Source: Eledone cirrhosa (Eukaryota). Taken from it: a stretch of 64,000 bases of DNA. Of this stretch, positions 26,121 to 38,900 are shown piece after piece (position 1 is the stretch's first letter; each line of letters begins with the position of its first letter). A model generated the notes under the pieces. That model was not told where the DNA came from, ran no database searches, and worked only from the letters and a program-made list of their open reading frames with translations. Where the stretch lies: positions 256,928,001 to 256,992,000 of the forward strand of contig OZ024741.1 of the NCBI GenBank assembly GCA_964016885.1, given 5' to 3'. The translations under genes were made by a program, and so were the position numbers.

Positions 26121-29100
26121 GTTTCGCTTTACGAGTGTTTCGACTTACGAGTGTTTCGACTTACGAGTGTTTCGGCTTACGAGTGTTTTGACTTACGAGT
26201 GTTTTGACTTACATGTGTTTCGACTTACGCGTGTTTCGACTTATGAGTGTTCTGATTTACGGATGTTTCGACATACGAGTGTTTTGACTTACGGTGTTTC
26301 GACTTACGAGTGTTTCGACTTACGAGTGTTTCGGCTTACGAATGTTTCGACTTATGGGTGTTTCGACTTACGAGTGTTTTTACTTACGGTGTTTCGGCTT
26401 ACGAGTGTTTCGACATACGAGTGTTTTGACTTACGGGTGTTTCGACTTACGAGTGTTTCGACTTACGAATGTTTTGACTTACGGGTGTTTCGGCTTACGA
26501 GTGTTTCGATTTATGAGTGTTTCGGCTTACGAGTGTTTCGACTTACTAATGTTTTTACTTACGAGTGTTTCGGCGTACGAGAGTTTTGACTTACGAGTGT
26601 TTCTACTTACGAGTGTTTCGACTTACGAGTGTTTTGACTTACGAATGTTTTGACTGACGGGTGTTTCGGCTTACGAGTGTTTCGACTTACGAGTCTTTCG
26701 GCTTACGAGTGTTTCGACTTACTAATGTTTTTACTTACGAGTGTTTCGGCGTACGAGTGTTTCGACTTACGAGTGTTTCGACTTACGGGTGTTTTGACTT
26801 ACGGGTGTTTCGGCTTACGAGTGTTTCGACTTACGAGTGTTTTGACTTAAGGGTGTTTCGACTTACGAGTATTTTTGGCTTACGAGTGTTTCGACTTACG
26901 AGTGTTTTGACTTACGAGTGTTCTAATTTACGGATGTTTCGACATACGAGTGTTTTGACTTACGAGTGTTTCGACTTATGAGTGTTTCGACTTACGAGTG
27001 TTTCGGCTTACGAGTGGTTTGACTTACGAGTGTTCTGACTACGAGTGATTTGACTTACGAGTGTTTCGGCTTATGAGTGTTTCGACTTACGAGTGTTTCG
27101 GCTTATGAGTGTTTCGACTTACGTGTGTTTCGGTTTACGAGTGTTTCGACTTACGAGTGTTTCGACTTACGGGTGTTTCGACTTACGAGTGTTTCGACTA
27201 CGAGTGTTTCGACTTACGAGTGTTTCGGCTTATGAGTGTTTCGACATACGGGTGTTTCGACTTACGATGTTTCGGCTTACGAGTGTTTCGACTTACGAGT
27301 ATTCTGACTTACGGGTGTTTCGACTTACGGGTGTTTCGACTTAAGAGTGTTTCGACTTACGAGCGCTTCGACTTACGAGTGTTCTGACTTACGAGTGTTC
27401 CGACTTACGAGTGTTTCGGCTTACGAGTGTTTCGACTTACGAGTGTTCCGGCTTACGCGTGTTTCGACTTACGAGTGTTTCGGCTTATGAGTGTTTCGAC
27501 TTACGAGTGCTTCGGCTTACGAGTGTTTCGACTTACGAGTGTTTCGGCTTACGAGAGTTTCGACTTACGAATGTTTTGGCTTACGAGTGTTTCGGCTTAC
27601 GAGTGTTTCGACTTACGGGTGTTTCGACTTACGGGTGTTCCGACTTAAGAGTGATTCGACTTACGAGCGCTTCGACTTACGAGTGTTCCGACTTACGAGT
27701 GTTTCTGCTTACGAGTGTTTCGACTTACGAGTGTTTCGGCTTACAAGTGTTTCGGCTTACGAGTGGTTTGACTTACGAGTGTTCTGACTACGAGTGTTTC
27801 GACTTACGAGTGTTCCGGCTTACGCGTGTTTCGACTTACGAGTGTTTCGGCTTATGAGTGTTTCGACTCACGAGTGTTTCGGCTTACGAGTGTTTCGACT
27901 TACGAGTGTTTCGACTTACGGGTGTTTCGACTTACGAGTGTTTCGACTACGAATGTTTCGACTTACGAGTGTTTCGGCTTACGAGTGTTTCGACTTATGG
28001 GTGTTTCGACTTACGAGTGTTTTTACTTACGGTGTTTCGGCTTCCGAGTGTTTCGACATACGAGTGTTTTGACTTACGGGTGTTTCGACTTACGAATGTT
28101 TTGACTTACGGGTGTTTCGGCTTACGATTGTTTCGATTTATGAGTGTTTCGGCTTACGAGTGTTTCGACTTACTAATGTTTTTACTTACGAGTGTTTCGG
28201 CGTACGAGAGTTTTGACTTACGAGTGTTTCTACTTACGAGTGTTTCGACTTACGAGTGTTTTGACTTACGAATGTTTTGACTTACGGGTGTTTCGGCTTA
28301 CGAGTGTTTCGACTTTCGAGTCTTTCGGCTTACGAGTGTTTCGACTTACTAATGTTTTTACTTACGAGTGTTTCGGCGTACGAGTGTTTCGACTTACGAG
28401 TGTTTCGACTTACGGGTGTTTTGACTTACGGGTGTTTCGGCTTACGAGTGTTTCGACTTACGAGTGTTTTGACTTAAGGGTGTTTCGACTTACGAGTATT
28501 TTTGGCTTACGAGTGTTTCGACTTACGAGTGTTTTGACCTACGAGTGTTCTAATTTACGGATGTTTCGACATACGAGTGTTTTGACTTACGAGTGTTTCG
28601 ACTTATGAGTGTTTCGACTTACGAGTGTTTCGGCTTACGAGTGGTTTGACTTACGAGTGTTCTGACTACGAGTGTTTTGACTTACGAATGTTTCGGCTTA
28701 TGAGTGTTTCGACTTACGAGTGTTTCGGTTTATGAGTGTTTCGACTTACGAGTGTTTCGGCTTACGAGTGTTTGGACTTACGAGTGTTTCGACTTACGGG
28801 TGTTTCGACTTACGAGTGTTTCGTCTACGAGTGTTTCGGCTTACGAGTGTTTCGACATACGGGTGTTTCGACTTACGGTGTTTCGGCTTACGAGTGTTTC
28901 GACTTACGAGTGTTCTGACTTACGAGTGTTCTGACTTATGAGTGTTCTGACTTACGAGTGTTCCGACTTACGAGTGTTTCGGCTTCCGAGTGTTTCGACT
29001 TACGAGTGTTTCGACTTACGAGTGTTTCGACTTATGAGTGTTTTGACTTACGGTGTTTCGGCTTACGAGTGTTTCGACTTACGAGTGTTTTGACTTACTG

Positions 29101-29306
29101 GTGTTTTGACATACGAGTGTTTCGATACGAGTGTTTCGACTTACGAGTGTTCTGACTTACGAGTGTTCTGACTTACGAGTGTTCTGACTTACGAGTGTTC
29201 TAACTTACGAGTGTTCTGACTTACGAGTGTTCTGACTTACGAGTGTTCCGACTTACGAGTGTTTCGGCTCACGAGTGTTTCGGCTTACGAGTGTTTCGAC
29301 TTACGA

Positions 29307-29375
29307 AGATAACAAATAGACGCGGTTTCAAATCTCTATGCTTTTCAAATTCAGTACATTAATCTTTATTCATAC
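29307..29375. repeat. 69-bp AT-rich interruption, haplotype B (copy 6)
   Basis: Same sequence as 15983-16051. Confidence 0.97.
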
Positions 29376-30934
29376 GTTTCGCTTTACGAGTGTTTCGACT
29401 TACGAGTGTTTCGACTTACGAGTGTTTCGGCTTACGAGTGTTTTGACTTACGAGTGTTTTGACTTACATGTGTTTCGACTTACGCGTGTTTCGACTTATG
29501 AGTGTTCTGATTTACGGATGTTTCGACATACGAGTGTTTTGACTTACGGTGTTTCGACTTACGAGTGTTTCGACTTACGAGTGTTTCGGCTTACGAATGT
29601 TTCGACTTATGGGTGTTTCGACTTACGAGTGTTTTTACTTACGGTGTTTCGGCTTACGAGTGTTTCGACATACGAGTGTTTTGACTTACGGGTGTTTCGA
29701 CTTACGAGTGTTTCGACTTACGAATGTTTTGACTTACGGGTGTTTCGGCTTACGAGTGTTTCGATTTATGAGTGTTTCGGCTTACGAGTGTTTCGACTTA
29801 CTAATGTTTTTACTTACGAGTGTTTCGGCGTACGAGAGTTTTGACTTACGAGTGTTTCTACTTACGAGTGTTTCGACTTACGAGTGTTTTGACTTACGAA
29901 TGTTTTGACTGACGGGTGTTTCGGCTTACGAGTGTTTCGACTTTCGAGTCTTTCGGCTTACGAGTGTTTCGACTTACTAATGTTTTTACTTACGAGTGTT
30001 TCGGCATACGAGTGTTTCGACTTACGAGTGTTTCGACTTACGGGTGTTTTGACTTACGGGTGTTTCGGCTTACGAGTGTTTCGACTTACGAGTGTTTTGA
30101 CTTAAGGGTGTTTCGACTTACGAGTATTTTTGGCTTACGAGTGTTTCGACTTACGAGTGTTTTGACCTACGAGTGTTCTAATTTACGGATGTTTCGACAT
30201 ACGAGTGTTTTGACTTACGAGTGTTTCGACTTATGAGTGTTTCGACTTACGAGTGTTTCGGCTTACGAGTGGTTTGACTTACGAGTGTTCTGACTACGAG
30301 TGTTTTGACTTACGAATGTTTCGGCTTATGAGTGTTTCGACTTACGAGTGTTTCGGTTTATGAGTGTTTCGACTTACGAGTGTTTCGGCTTACGAGTGTT
30401 TGGACTTACGAGTGTTTCGACTTACGGGTGTTTCGACTTACGAGTGTTTCGTCTACGAGTGTTTCGGCTTACGAGTGTTTCGACATACGGGTGTTTCGAC
30501 TTACGGTGTTTCGGCTTACGAGTGTTTCGACTTACGAGTGTTCTGACTTACGAGTGTTCTGACTTATGAGTGTTCTGACTTACGAGTGTTCCGACTTACG
30601 AGTGTTTCGGCTTCCGAGTGTTTCGACTTACGAGTGTTTCGACTTACGAGTGTTTCGACTTATGAGTGTTTTGACTTACGGTGTTTCGGCTTACGAGTGT
30701 TTCGACTTACGAGTGTTTTGACTTACTGGTGTTTTGACATACGAGTGTTTCGATACGAGTGTTTCGACTTACGAGTGTTCTGACTTACGAGTGTTCTGAC
30801 TTACGAGTGTTCTGACTTACGAGTGTTCTAACTTACGAGTGTTCTGACTTACGAGTGTTCTGACTTACGAGTGTTCCGACTTACGAGTGTTTCGGCTCAC
30901 GAGTGTTTCGGCTTACGAGTGTTTCGACTTACGA

Positions 30935-31003
30935 AGATAACAAATAGACGCGGTTTCAAATCTCTATGCTTTTCAAATTCAGTACATTAATCTTTATTCA
31001 TAC
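30935..31003. repeat. 69-bp AT-rich interruption, haplotype B (copy 7)
   Basis: Same sequence as 15983-16051. Confidence 0.97.
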
Positions 31004-34000
31004 GTTTCGCTTTACGAGTGTTTCGACTTACGAGTGTTTCGACTTACGAGTGTTTCGGCTTACGAGTGTTTTGACTTACGAGTGTTTTGACTTACATGTG
31101 TTTCGACTTACGCGTGTTTCGACTTATGAGTGTTCTGATTTACGGATGTTTCGACATACGAGTGTTTTGACTTACGCTGTTTCGACTTACGAGTGTTTCG
31201 ACTTACGAGTGTTTCGGCTTACGAATGTTTCGACTTATGGGTGTTTCGACTTACGAGTGTTTTTACTTACGGTGTTTCGGCTTACGAGTGTTTCGACATA
31301 CGAGTGTTTTGACTTACGGGTGTTTCGACTTACGAGTGTTTCGACTTACGAATGTTTTGACTTACGGGTGTTTCGGCTTACGAGTGTTTCGATTTATGAG
31401 TGTTTCGGCTTACGAGTGTTTCGACTTACTAATGTTTTTACTTACGAGTGTTTCGGCGTACGAGAGTTTTGACTTACGAGTGTTTCTACTTACGAGTGTT
31501 TCGACTTACGAGTGTTTTGACTTACGAATGTTTTGACTGACGGGTGTTTCGGCTTACGAGTGTTTCGACTTACGAGTCTTTCGGCTTACGAGTGTTTCGA
31601 CTTACTAATGTTTTTACTTATGAGTGTTTCGGCTTACGAGTGTTTCGGCGTACGAGTGTTTCGACTTACGAGTGTTTCGACTTACGGGTGTTTTGACTTA
31701 CGGGTGTTTCGGCTTACGAGTGTTTCGACTTACGAGTGTTTTGACTTAAGGGTGTTTCGACTTACGAGTATTTTTGGCTTACGAGTGTTTCGACTTACGA
31801 GTGTTTTGACTTACGAGTGTTCTAATTTACGGATGTTTCGACATACGAGTGTTTTGACTTACGAGTGTTTCGACTTATGAGTGTTTCGACTTACGAGTGT
31901 TTCGGCTTACGAGTGGTTTGACTTACGAGTGTTCTGACTACGAGTGATTTGACTTACGAGTGTTTCGGCTTATGAGTGTTTCGACTTACGAGTGTTTCGG
32001 CTTATGAGTGTTTCGACTTACGTGTGTTTCGGTTTACGAGTGTTTCGACTTACGAGTGTTTCGACTTACGGGTGTTTCGACTTACGAGTGTTTCGACTAC
32101 GAGTGTTTCGACTTACGAGTGTTTCGGCTTATGAGTGTTTCGACATACGGGTGTTTCGACTTACGATGTTTCGGCTTACGAGTGTTTCGACTTACGAGTA
32201 TTCTGACTTACGGGTGTTTCGACTTACGGGTGTTTCGACTTAAGAGTGTTTCGACTTACGAGCGCTTCGACTTACGAGTGTTCTGACTTACGAGTGTTCC
32301 GACTTACGAGTGTTTCGGCTTACGAGTGTTTCGACTTACGAGTGTTCCGGCTTACGCGTGTTTCGACTTACGAGTGTTTCGGCTTATGAGTGTTTCGACT
32401 TACGAGTGCTTCGGCTTACGAGTGTTTCGACTTACGAGTGTTTCGGCTTACGAGAGTTTCGACTTACGAATGTTTTGGCTTACGAGTGTTTCGGCTTACG
32501 AGTGTTTCGACTTACGGGTGTTTCGACTTACGGGTGTTCCGACTTAAGAGTGATTCGACTTACGAGCGCTTCGACTTACGAGTGTTCCGACTTACGAGTG
32601 TTTCTGCTTACGAGTGTTTCGACTTACGAGTGTTTCGGCTTACAAGTGTTTCGGCTTACGAGTGGTTTGACTTACGAGTGTTCTGACTACGAGTGTTTCG
32701 ACTTACGAGTGTTCCGGCTTACGCGTGTTTCGACTTACGAGTGTTTCGGCTTATGAGTGTTTCGACTCACGAGTGTTTCGGCTTACGAGTGTTTCGACTT
32801 ACGAGTGTTTCGACTTACGGGTGTTTCGACTTACGAGTGTTTCGACTACGAATGTTTCGACTTACGAGTGTTTCGGCTTACGAGTGTTTCGACTTATGGG
32901 TGTTTCGACTTACGAGTGTTTTTACTTACGGTGTTTCGGCTTCCGAGTGTTTCGACATACGAGTGTTTTGACTTACGGGTGTTTCGACTTACGAATGTTT
33001 TGACTTACGGGTGTTTCGGCTTACGATTGTTTCGATTTATGAGTGTTTCGGCTTACGAGTGTTTCGACTTACTAATGTTTTTACTTACGAGTGTTTCGGC
33101 GTACGAGAGTTTTGACTTACGAGTGTTTCTACTTACGAGTGTTTCGACTTACGAGTGTTTTGACTTACGAATGTTTTGACTTACGGGTGTTTCGGCTTAC
33201 GAGTGTTTCGACTTTCGAGTCTTTCGGCTTACGAGTGTTTCGACTTACTAATGTTTTTACTTACGAGTGTTTCGGCGTACGAGTGTTTCGACTTACGAGT
33301 GTTTCGACTTACGGGTGTTTTGACTTACGGGTGTTTCGGCTTACGAGTGTTTCGACTTACGAGTGTTTTGACTTAAGGGTGTTTCGACTTACGAGTATTT
33401 TTGGCTTACGAGTGTTTCGACTTACGAGTGTTTTGACCTACGAGTGTTCTAATTTACGGATGTTTCGACATACGAGTGTTTTGACTTACGAGTGTTTCGA
33501 CTTATGAGTGTTTCGACTTACGAGTGTTTCGGCTTACGAGTGGTTTGACTTACGAGTGTTCTGACTACGAGTGTTTTGACTTACGAATGTTTCGGCTTAT
33601 GAGTGTTTCGACTTACGAGTGTTTCGGTTTATGAGTGTTTCGACTTACGAGTGTTTCGGCTTACGAGTGTTTGGACTTACGAGTGTTTCGACTTACGGGT
33701 GTTTCGACTTACGAGTGTTTCGTCTACGAGTGTTTCGGCTTACGAGTGTTTCGACATACGGGTGTTTCGACTTACGGTGTTTCGGCTTACGAGTGTTTCG
33801 ACTTACGAGTGTTCTGACTTACGAGTGTTCTGACTTATGAGTGTTCTGACTTACGAGTGTTCCGACTTACGAGTGTTTCGGCTTCCGAGTGTTTCGACTT
33901 ACGAGTGTTTCGACTTACGAGTGTTTCGACTTATGAGTGTTTTGACTTACGGTGTTTCGGCTTACGAGTGTTTCGACTTACGAGTGTTTTGACTTACTGG

Positions 34001-34205
34001 TGTTTTGACATACGAGTGTTTCGATACGAGTGTTTCGACTTACGAGTGTTCTGACTTACGAGTGTTCTGACTTACGAGTGTTCTGACTTACGAGTGTTCT
34101 AACTTACGAGTGTTCTGACTTACGAGTGTTCTGACTTACGAGTGTTCCGACTTACGAGTGTTTCGGCTCACGAGTGTTTCGGCTTACGAGTGTTTCGACT
34201 TACGA

Positions 34206-34274
34206 AGATAACAAATAGACGCGGTTTCAAATCTCTATGCTTTTCAAATTCAGTACATTAATCTTTATTCATAC
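34206..34274. repeat. 69-bp AT-rich interruption, haplotype B (copy 8)
   Basis: Same sequence as 15983-16051. Confidence 0.97.
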
Positions 34275-35833
34275 GTTTCGCTTTACGAGTGTTTCGACTT
34301 ACGAGTGTTTCGACTTACGAGTGTTTCGGCTTACGAGTGTTTTGACTTACGAGTGTTTTGACTTACATGTGTTTCGACTTACGCGTGTTTCGACTTATGA
34401 GTGTTCTGATTTACGGATGTTTCGACATACGAGTGTTTTGACTTACGGTGTTTCGACTTACGAGTGTTTCGACTTACGAGTGTTTCGGCTTACGAATGTT
34501 TCGACTTATGGGTGTTTCGACTTACGAGTGTTTTTACTTACGGTGTTTCGGCTTACGAGTGTTTCGACATACGAGTGTTTTGACTTACGGGTGTTTCGAC
34601 TTACGAGTGTTTCGACTTACGAATGTTTTGACTTACGGGTGTTTCGGCTTACGAGTGTTTCGATTTATGAGTGTTTCGGCTTACGAGTGTTTCGACTTAC
34701 TAATGTTTTTACTTACGAGTGTTTCGGCGTACGAGAGTTTTGACTTACGAGTGTTTCTACTTACGAGTGTTTCGACTTACGAGTGTTTTGACTTACGAAT
34801 GTTTTGACTGACGGGTGTTTCGGCTTACGAGTGTTTCGACTTTCGAGTCTTTCGGCTTACGAGTGTTTCGACTTACTAATGTTTTTACTTACGAGTGTTT
34901 CGGCATACGAGTGTTTCGACTTACGAGTGTTTCGACTTACGGGTGTTTTGACTTACGGGTGTTTCGGCTTACGAGTGTTTCGACTTACGAGTGTTTTGAC
35001 TTAAGGGTGTTTCGACTTACGAGTATTTTTGGCTTACGAGTGTTTCGACTTACGAGTGTTTTGACCTACGAGTGTTCTAATTTACGGATGTTTCGACATA
35101 CGAGTGTTTTGACTTACGAGTGTTTCGACTTATGAGTGTTTCGACTTACGAGTGTTTCGGCTTACGAGTGGTTTGACTTACGAGTGTTCTGACTACGAGT
35201 GTTTTGACTTACGAATGTTTCGGCTTATGAGTGTTTCGACTTACGAGTGTTTCGGTTTATGAGTGTTTCGACTTACGAGTGTTTCGGCTTACGAGTGTTT
35301 GGACTTACGAGTGTTTCGACTTACGGGTGTTTCGACTTACGAGTGTTTCGTCTACGAGTGTTTCGGCTTACGAGTGTTTCGACATACGGGTGTTTCGACT
35401 TACGGTGTTTCGGCTTACGAGTGTTTCGACTTACGAGTGTTCTGACTTACGAGTGTTCTGACTTATGAGTGTTCTGACTTACGAGTGTTCCGACTTACGA
35501 GTGTTTCGGCTTCCGAGTGTTTCGACTTACGAGTGTTTCGACTTACGAGTGTTTCGACTTATGAGTGTTTTGACTTACGGTGTTTCGGCTTACGAGTGTT
35601 TCGACTTACGAGTGTTTTGACTTACTGGTGTTTTGACATACGAGTGTTTCGATACGAGTGTTTCGACTTACGAGTGTTCTGACTTACGAGTGTTCTGACT
35701 TACGAGTGTTCTGACTTACGAGTGTTCTAACTTACGAGTGTTCTGACTTACGAGTGTTCTGACTTACGAGTGTTCCGACTTACGAGTGTTTCGGCTCACG
35801 AGTGTTTCGGCTTACGAGTGTTTCGACTTACGA

Positions 35834-35902
35834 AGATAACAAATAGACGCGGTTTCAAATCTCTATGCTTTTCAAATTCAGTACATTAATCTTTATTCAT
35901 AC
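35834..35902. repeat. 69-bp AT-rich interruption, haplotype B (copy 9)
   Basis: Same sequence as 15983-16051. Confidence 0.97.
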
Positions 35903-38900
35903 GTTTCGCTTTACGAGTGTTTCGACTTACGAGTGTTTCGACTTACGAGTGTTTCGGCTTACGAGTGTTTTGACTTACGAGTGTTTTGACTTACATGTGT
36001 TTCGACTTACGCGTGTTTCGACTTATGAGTGTTCTGATTTACGGATGTTTCGACATACGAGTGTTTTGACTTACGCTGTTTCGACTTACGAGTGTTTCGA
36101 CTTACGAGTGTTTCGGCTTACGAATGTTTCGATTTATGGGTGTTTCGACTTACGAGTGTTTTTACTTACGGTGTTTCGGCTTACGAGTGTTTCGACATAC
36201 GAGTGTTTTGACTTACGGGTGTTTCGACTTACGAGTGTTTCGACTTACGAATGTTTTGACTTACGGGTGTTTCGGCTTACGAGTGTTTCGATTTATGAGT
36301 GTTTCGGCTTACGAGTGTTTCGACTTACTAATGTTTTTACTTACGAGTGTTTCGGCGTACGAGAGTTTTGACTTACGAGTGTTTCTACTTACGAGTGTTT
36401 CGACTTACGAGTGTTTTGACTTACGAATGTTTTGACTGACGGGTGTTTCGGCTTACGAGTGTTTCGACTTACGAGTCTTTCGGCTTACGAGTGTTTCGAC
36501 TTACTAATGTTTTTACTTATGAGTGTTTCGGCTTACGAGTGTTTCGGCGTACGAGTGTTTCGACTTACGAGTGTTTCGACTTACGGGTGTTTTGACTTAC
36601 GGGTGTTTCGGCTTACGAGTGTTTCGACTTACGAGTGTTTTGACTTAAGGGTGTTTCGACTTACGAGTATTTTTGGCTTACGAGTGTTTCGACTTACGAG
36701 TGTTTTGACTTACGAGTGTTCTAATTTACGGATGTTTCGACATACGAGTGTTTTGACTTACGAGTGTTTCGACTTATGAGTGTTTCGACTTACGAGTGTT
36801 TCGGCTTACGAGTGGTTTGACTTACGAGTGTTCTGACTACGAGTGATTTGACTTACGAGTGTTTCGGCTTATGAGTGTTTCGACTTACGAGTGTTTCGGC
36901 TTATGAGTGTTTCGACTTACGTGTGTTTCGGTTTACGAGTGTTTCGACTTACGAGTGTTTCGACTTACGGGTGTTTCGACTTACGAGTGTTTCGACTACG
37001 AGTGTTTCGACTTACGAGTGTTTCGGCTTATGAGTGTTTCGACATACGGGTGTTTCGACTTACGATGTTTCGGCTTACGAGTGTTTCGACTTACGAGTAT
37101 TCTGACTTACGGGTGTTTCGACTTACGGGTGTTTCGACTTAAGAGTGTTTCGACTTACGAGCGCTTCGACTTACGAGTGTTCTGACTTACGAGTGTTCCG
37201 ACTTACGAGTGTTTCGGCTTACGAGTGTTTCGACTTACGAGTGTTCCGGCTTACGCGTGTTTCGACTTACGAGTGTTTCGGCTTATGAGTGTTTCGACTT
37301 ACGAGTGCTTCGGCTTACGAATGTTTCGACTTACGAGTGTTTCGGCTTACGAGAGTTTCGACTTACGAATGTTTTGGCTTACGAGTGTTTCGGCTTACGA
37401 GTGTTTCGACTTACGGGTGTTTCGACTTACGGGTGTTCCGACTTAAGAGTGATTCGACTTACGAGCGCTTCGACTTACGAGTGTTCCGACTTACGAGTGT
37501 TTCTGCTTACGAGTGTTTCGACTTACGAGTGTTTCGGCTTACAAGTGTTTCGGCTTACGAGTGGTTTGACTTACGAGTGTTCTGACTACGAGTGTTTCGA
37601 CTTACGAGTGTTCCGGCTTACGCGTGTTTCGACTTACGAGTGTTTCGGCTTATGAGTGTTTCGACTCACGAGTGTTTCGGCTTACGAGTGTTTCGACTTA
37701 CGAGTGTTTCGACTTACGGGTGTTTCGACTTACGAGTGTTTCGACTACGAATGTTTCGACTTACGAGTGTTTTGGCTTACGAGTGTTTCGACTTATGGGT
37801 GTTTCGACTTACGAGTGTTTTTACTTACGGTGTTTCGGCTTCCGAGTGTTTCGACATACGAGTGTTTTGACTTACGGGTGTTTCGACTTACGAATGTTTT
37901 GACTTACGGGTGTTTCGGCTTACGATTGTTTCGATTTATGAGTGTTTCGGCTTACGAGTGTTTCGACTTACTAATGTTTTTACTTACGAGTGTTTCGGCG
38001 TACGAGAGTTTTGACTTACGAGTGTTTCTACTTACGAGTGTTTCGACTTACGAGTGTTTTGACTTACGAATGTTTTGACTTACGGGTGTTTCGGCTTACG
38101 AGTGTTTCGACTTTCGAGTCTTTCGGCTTACGAGTGTTTCGACTTACTAATGTTTTTACTTACGAGTGTTTCGGCGTACGAGTGTTTCGACTTACGAGTG
38201 TTTCGACTTACGGGTGTTTTGACTTACGGGTGTTTCGGCTTACGAGTGTTTCGACTTACGAGTGTTTTGACTTAAGGGTGTTTCGACTTACGAGTATTTT
38301 TGGCTTACGAGTGTTTCGACTTACGAGTGTTTCGACTTACGAGTGTTCTAATTTACGGATGTTTCGACATACGAGTGTTTTGACTTACGAGTGTTTCGAC
38401 TTATGAGTGTTTCGACTTACGAGTGTTTCGGCTTACGAGTGGTTTGACTTACGAGTGTTCTGACTACGAGTGATTTGACTTACGAGTGTTTCGGCTTATG
38501 AGTGTTTCGACTTACGAGTGTTTCGGCTTATGAGTGTTTCGACTTACGTGTGTTTCGGTTTACGAGTGTTTCGACTTACGAGTGTTTCGACTTACGGGTG
38601 TTTCGACTTACGAGTGTTTCGACTACGAGTGTTTAGACTTACGAGTGTTTCGGCTTATGAGTGTTTCGACATACGGGTGTTTCGACTTACGATGTTTCGG
38701 CTTACGAGTGTTTCGACTTACGAGTATTCTGACTTACGGGTGTTTCGACTTACGGGTGTTTCGACTTAAGAGTGTTTCGACTTACGAGCGCTTCGACTTA
38801 CGAGTGTTCTGACTTACGAGTGTTCCGACTTACGAGTGTTTCGGCTTACGAGTGTTTCGACTTACGAGTGTTCCGGCTTACGCGTGTTTCGACTTACGAG

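Larger units (their letters stand above)
27014..38300. repeat. Tandem higher-order repeat, period 4899 bp (Y+X+X': 1627+1628+1644), ~2.3 copies
   Basis: Offsets 27411/32310/37209, 29338/34237 and 30966/35865. Private variants are shared between copies: ggcatacg at ~30003/34902 and ttacgctg at ~31172/36071. Confidence 0.9.
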
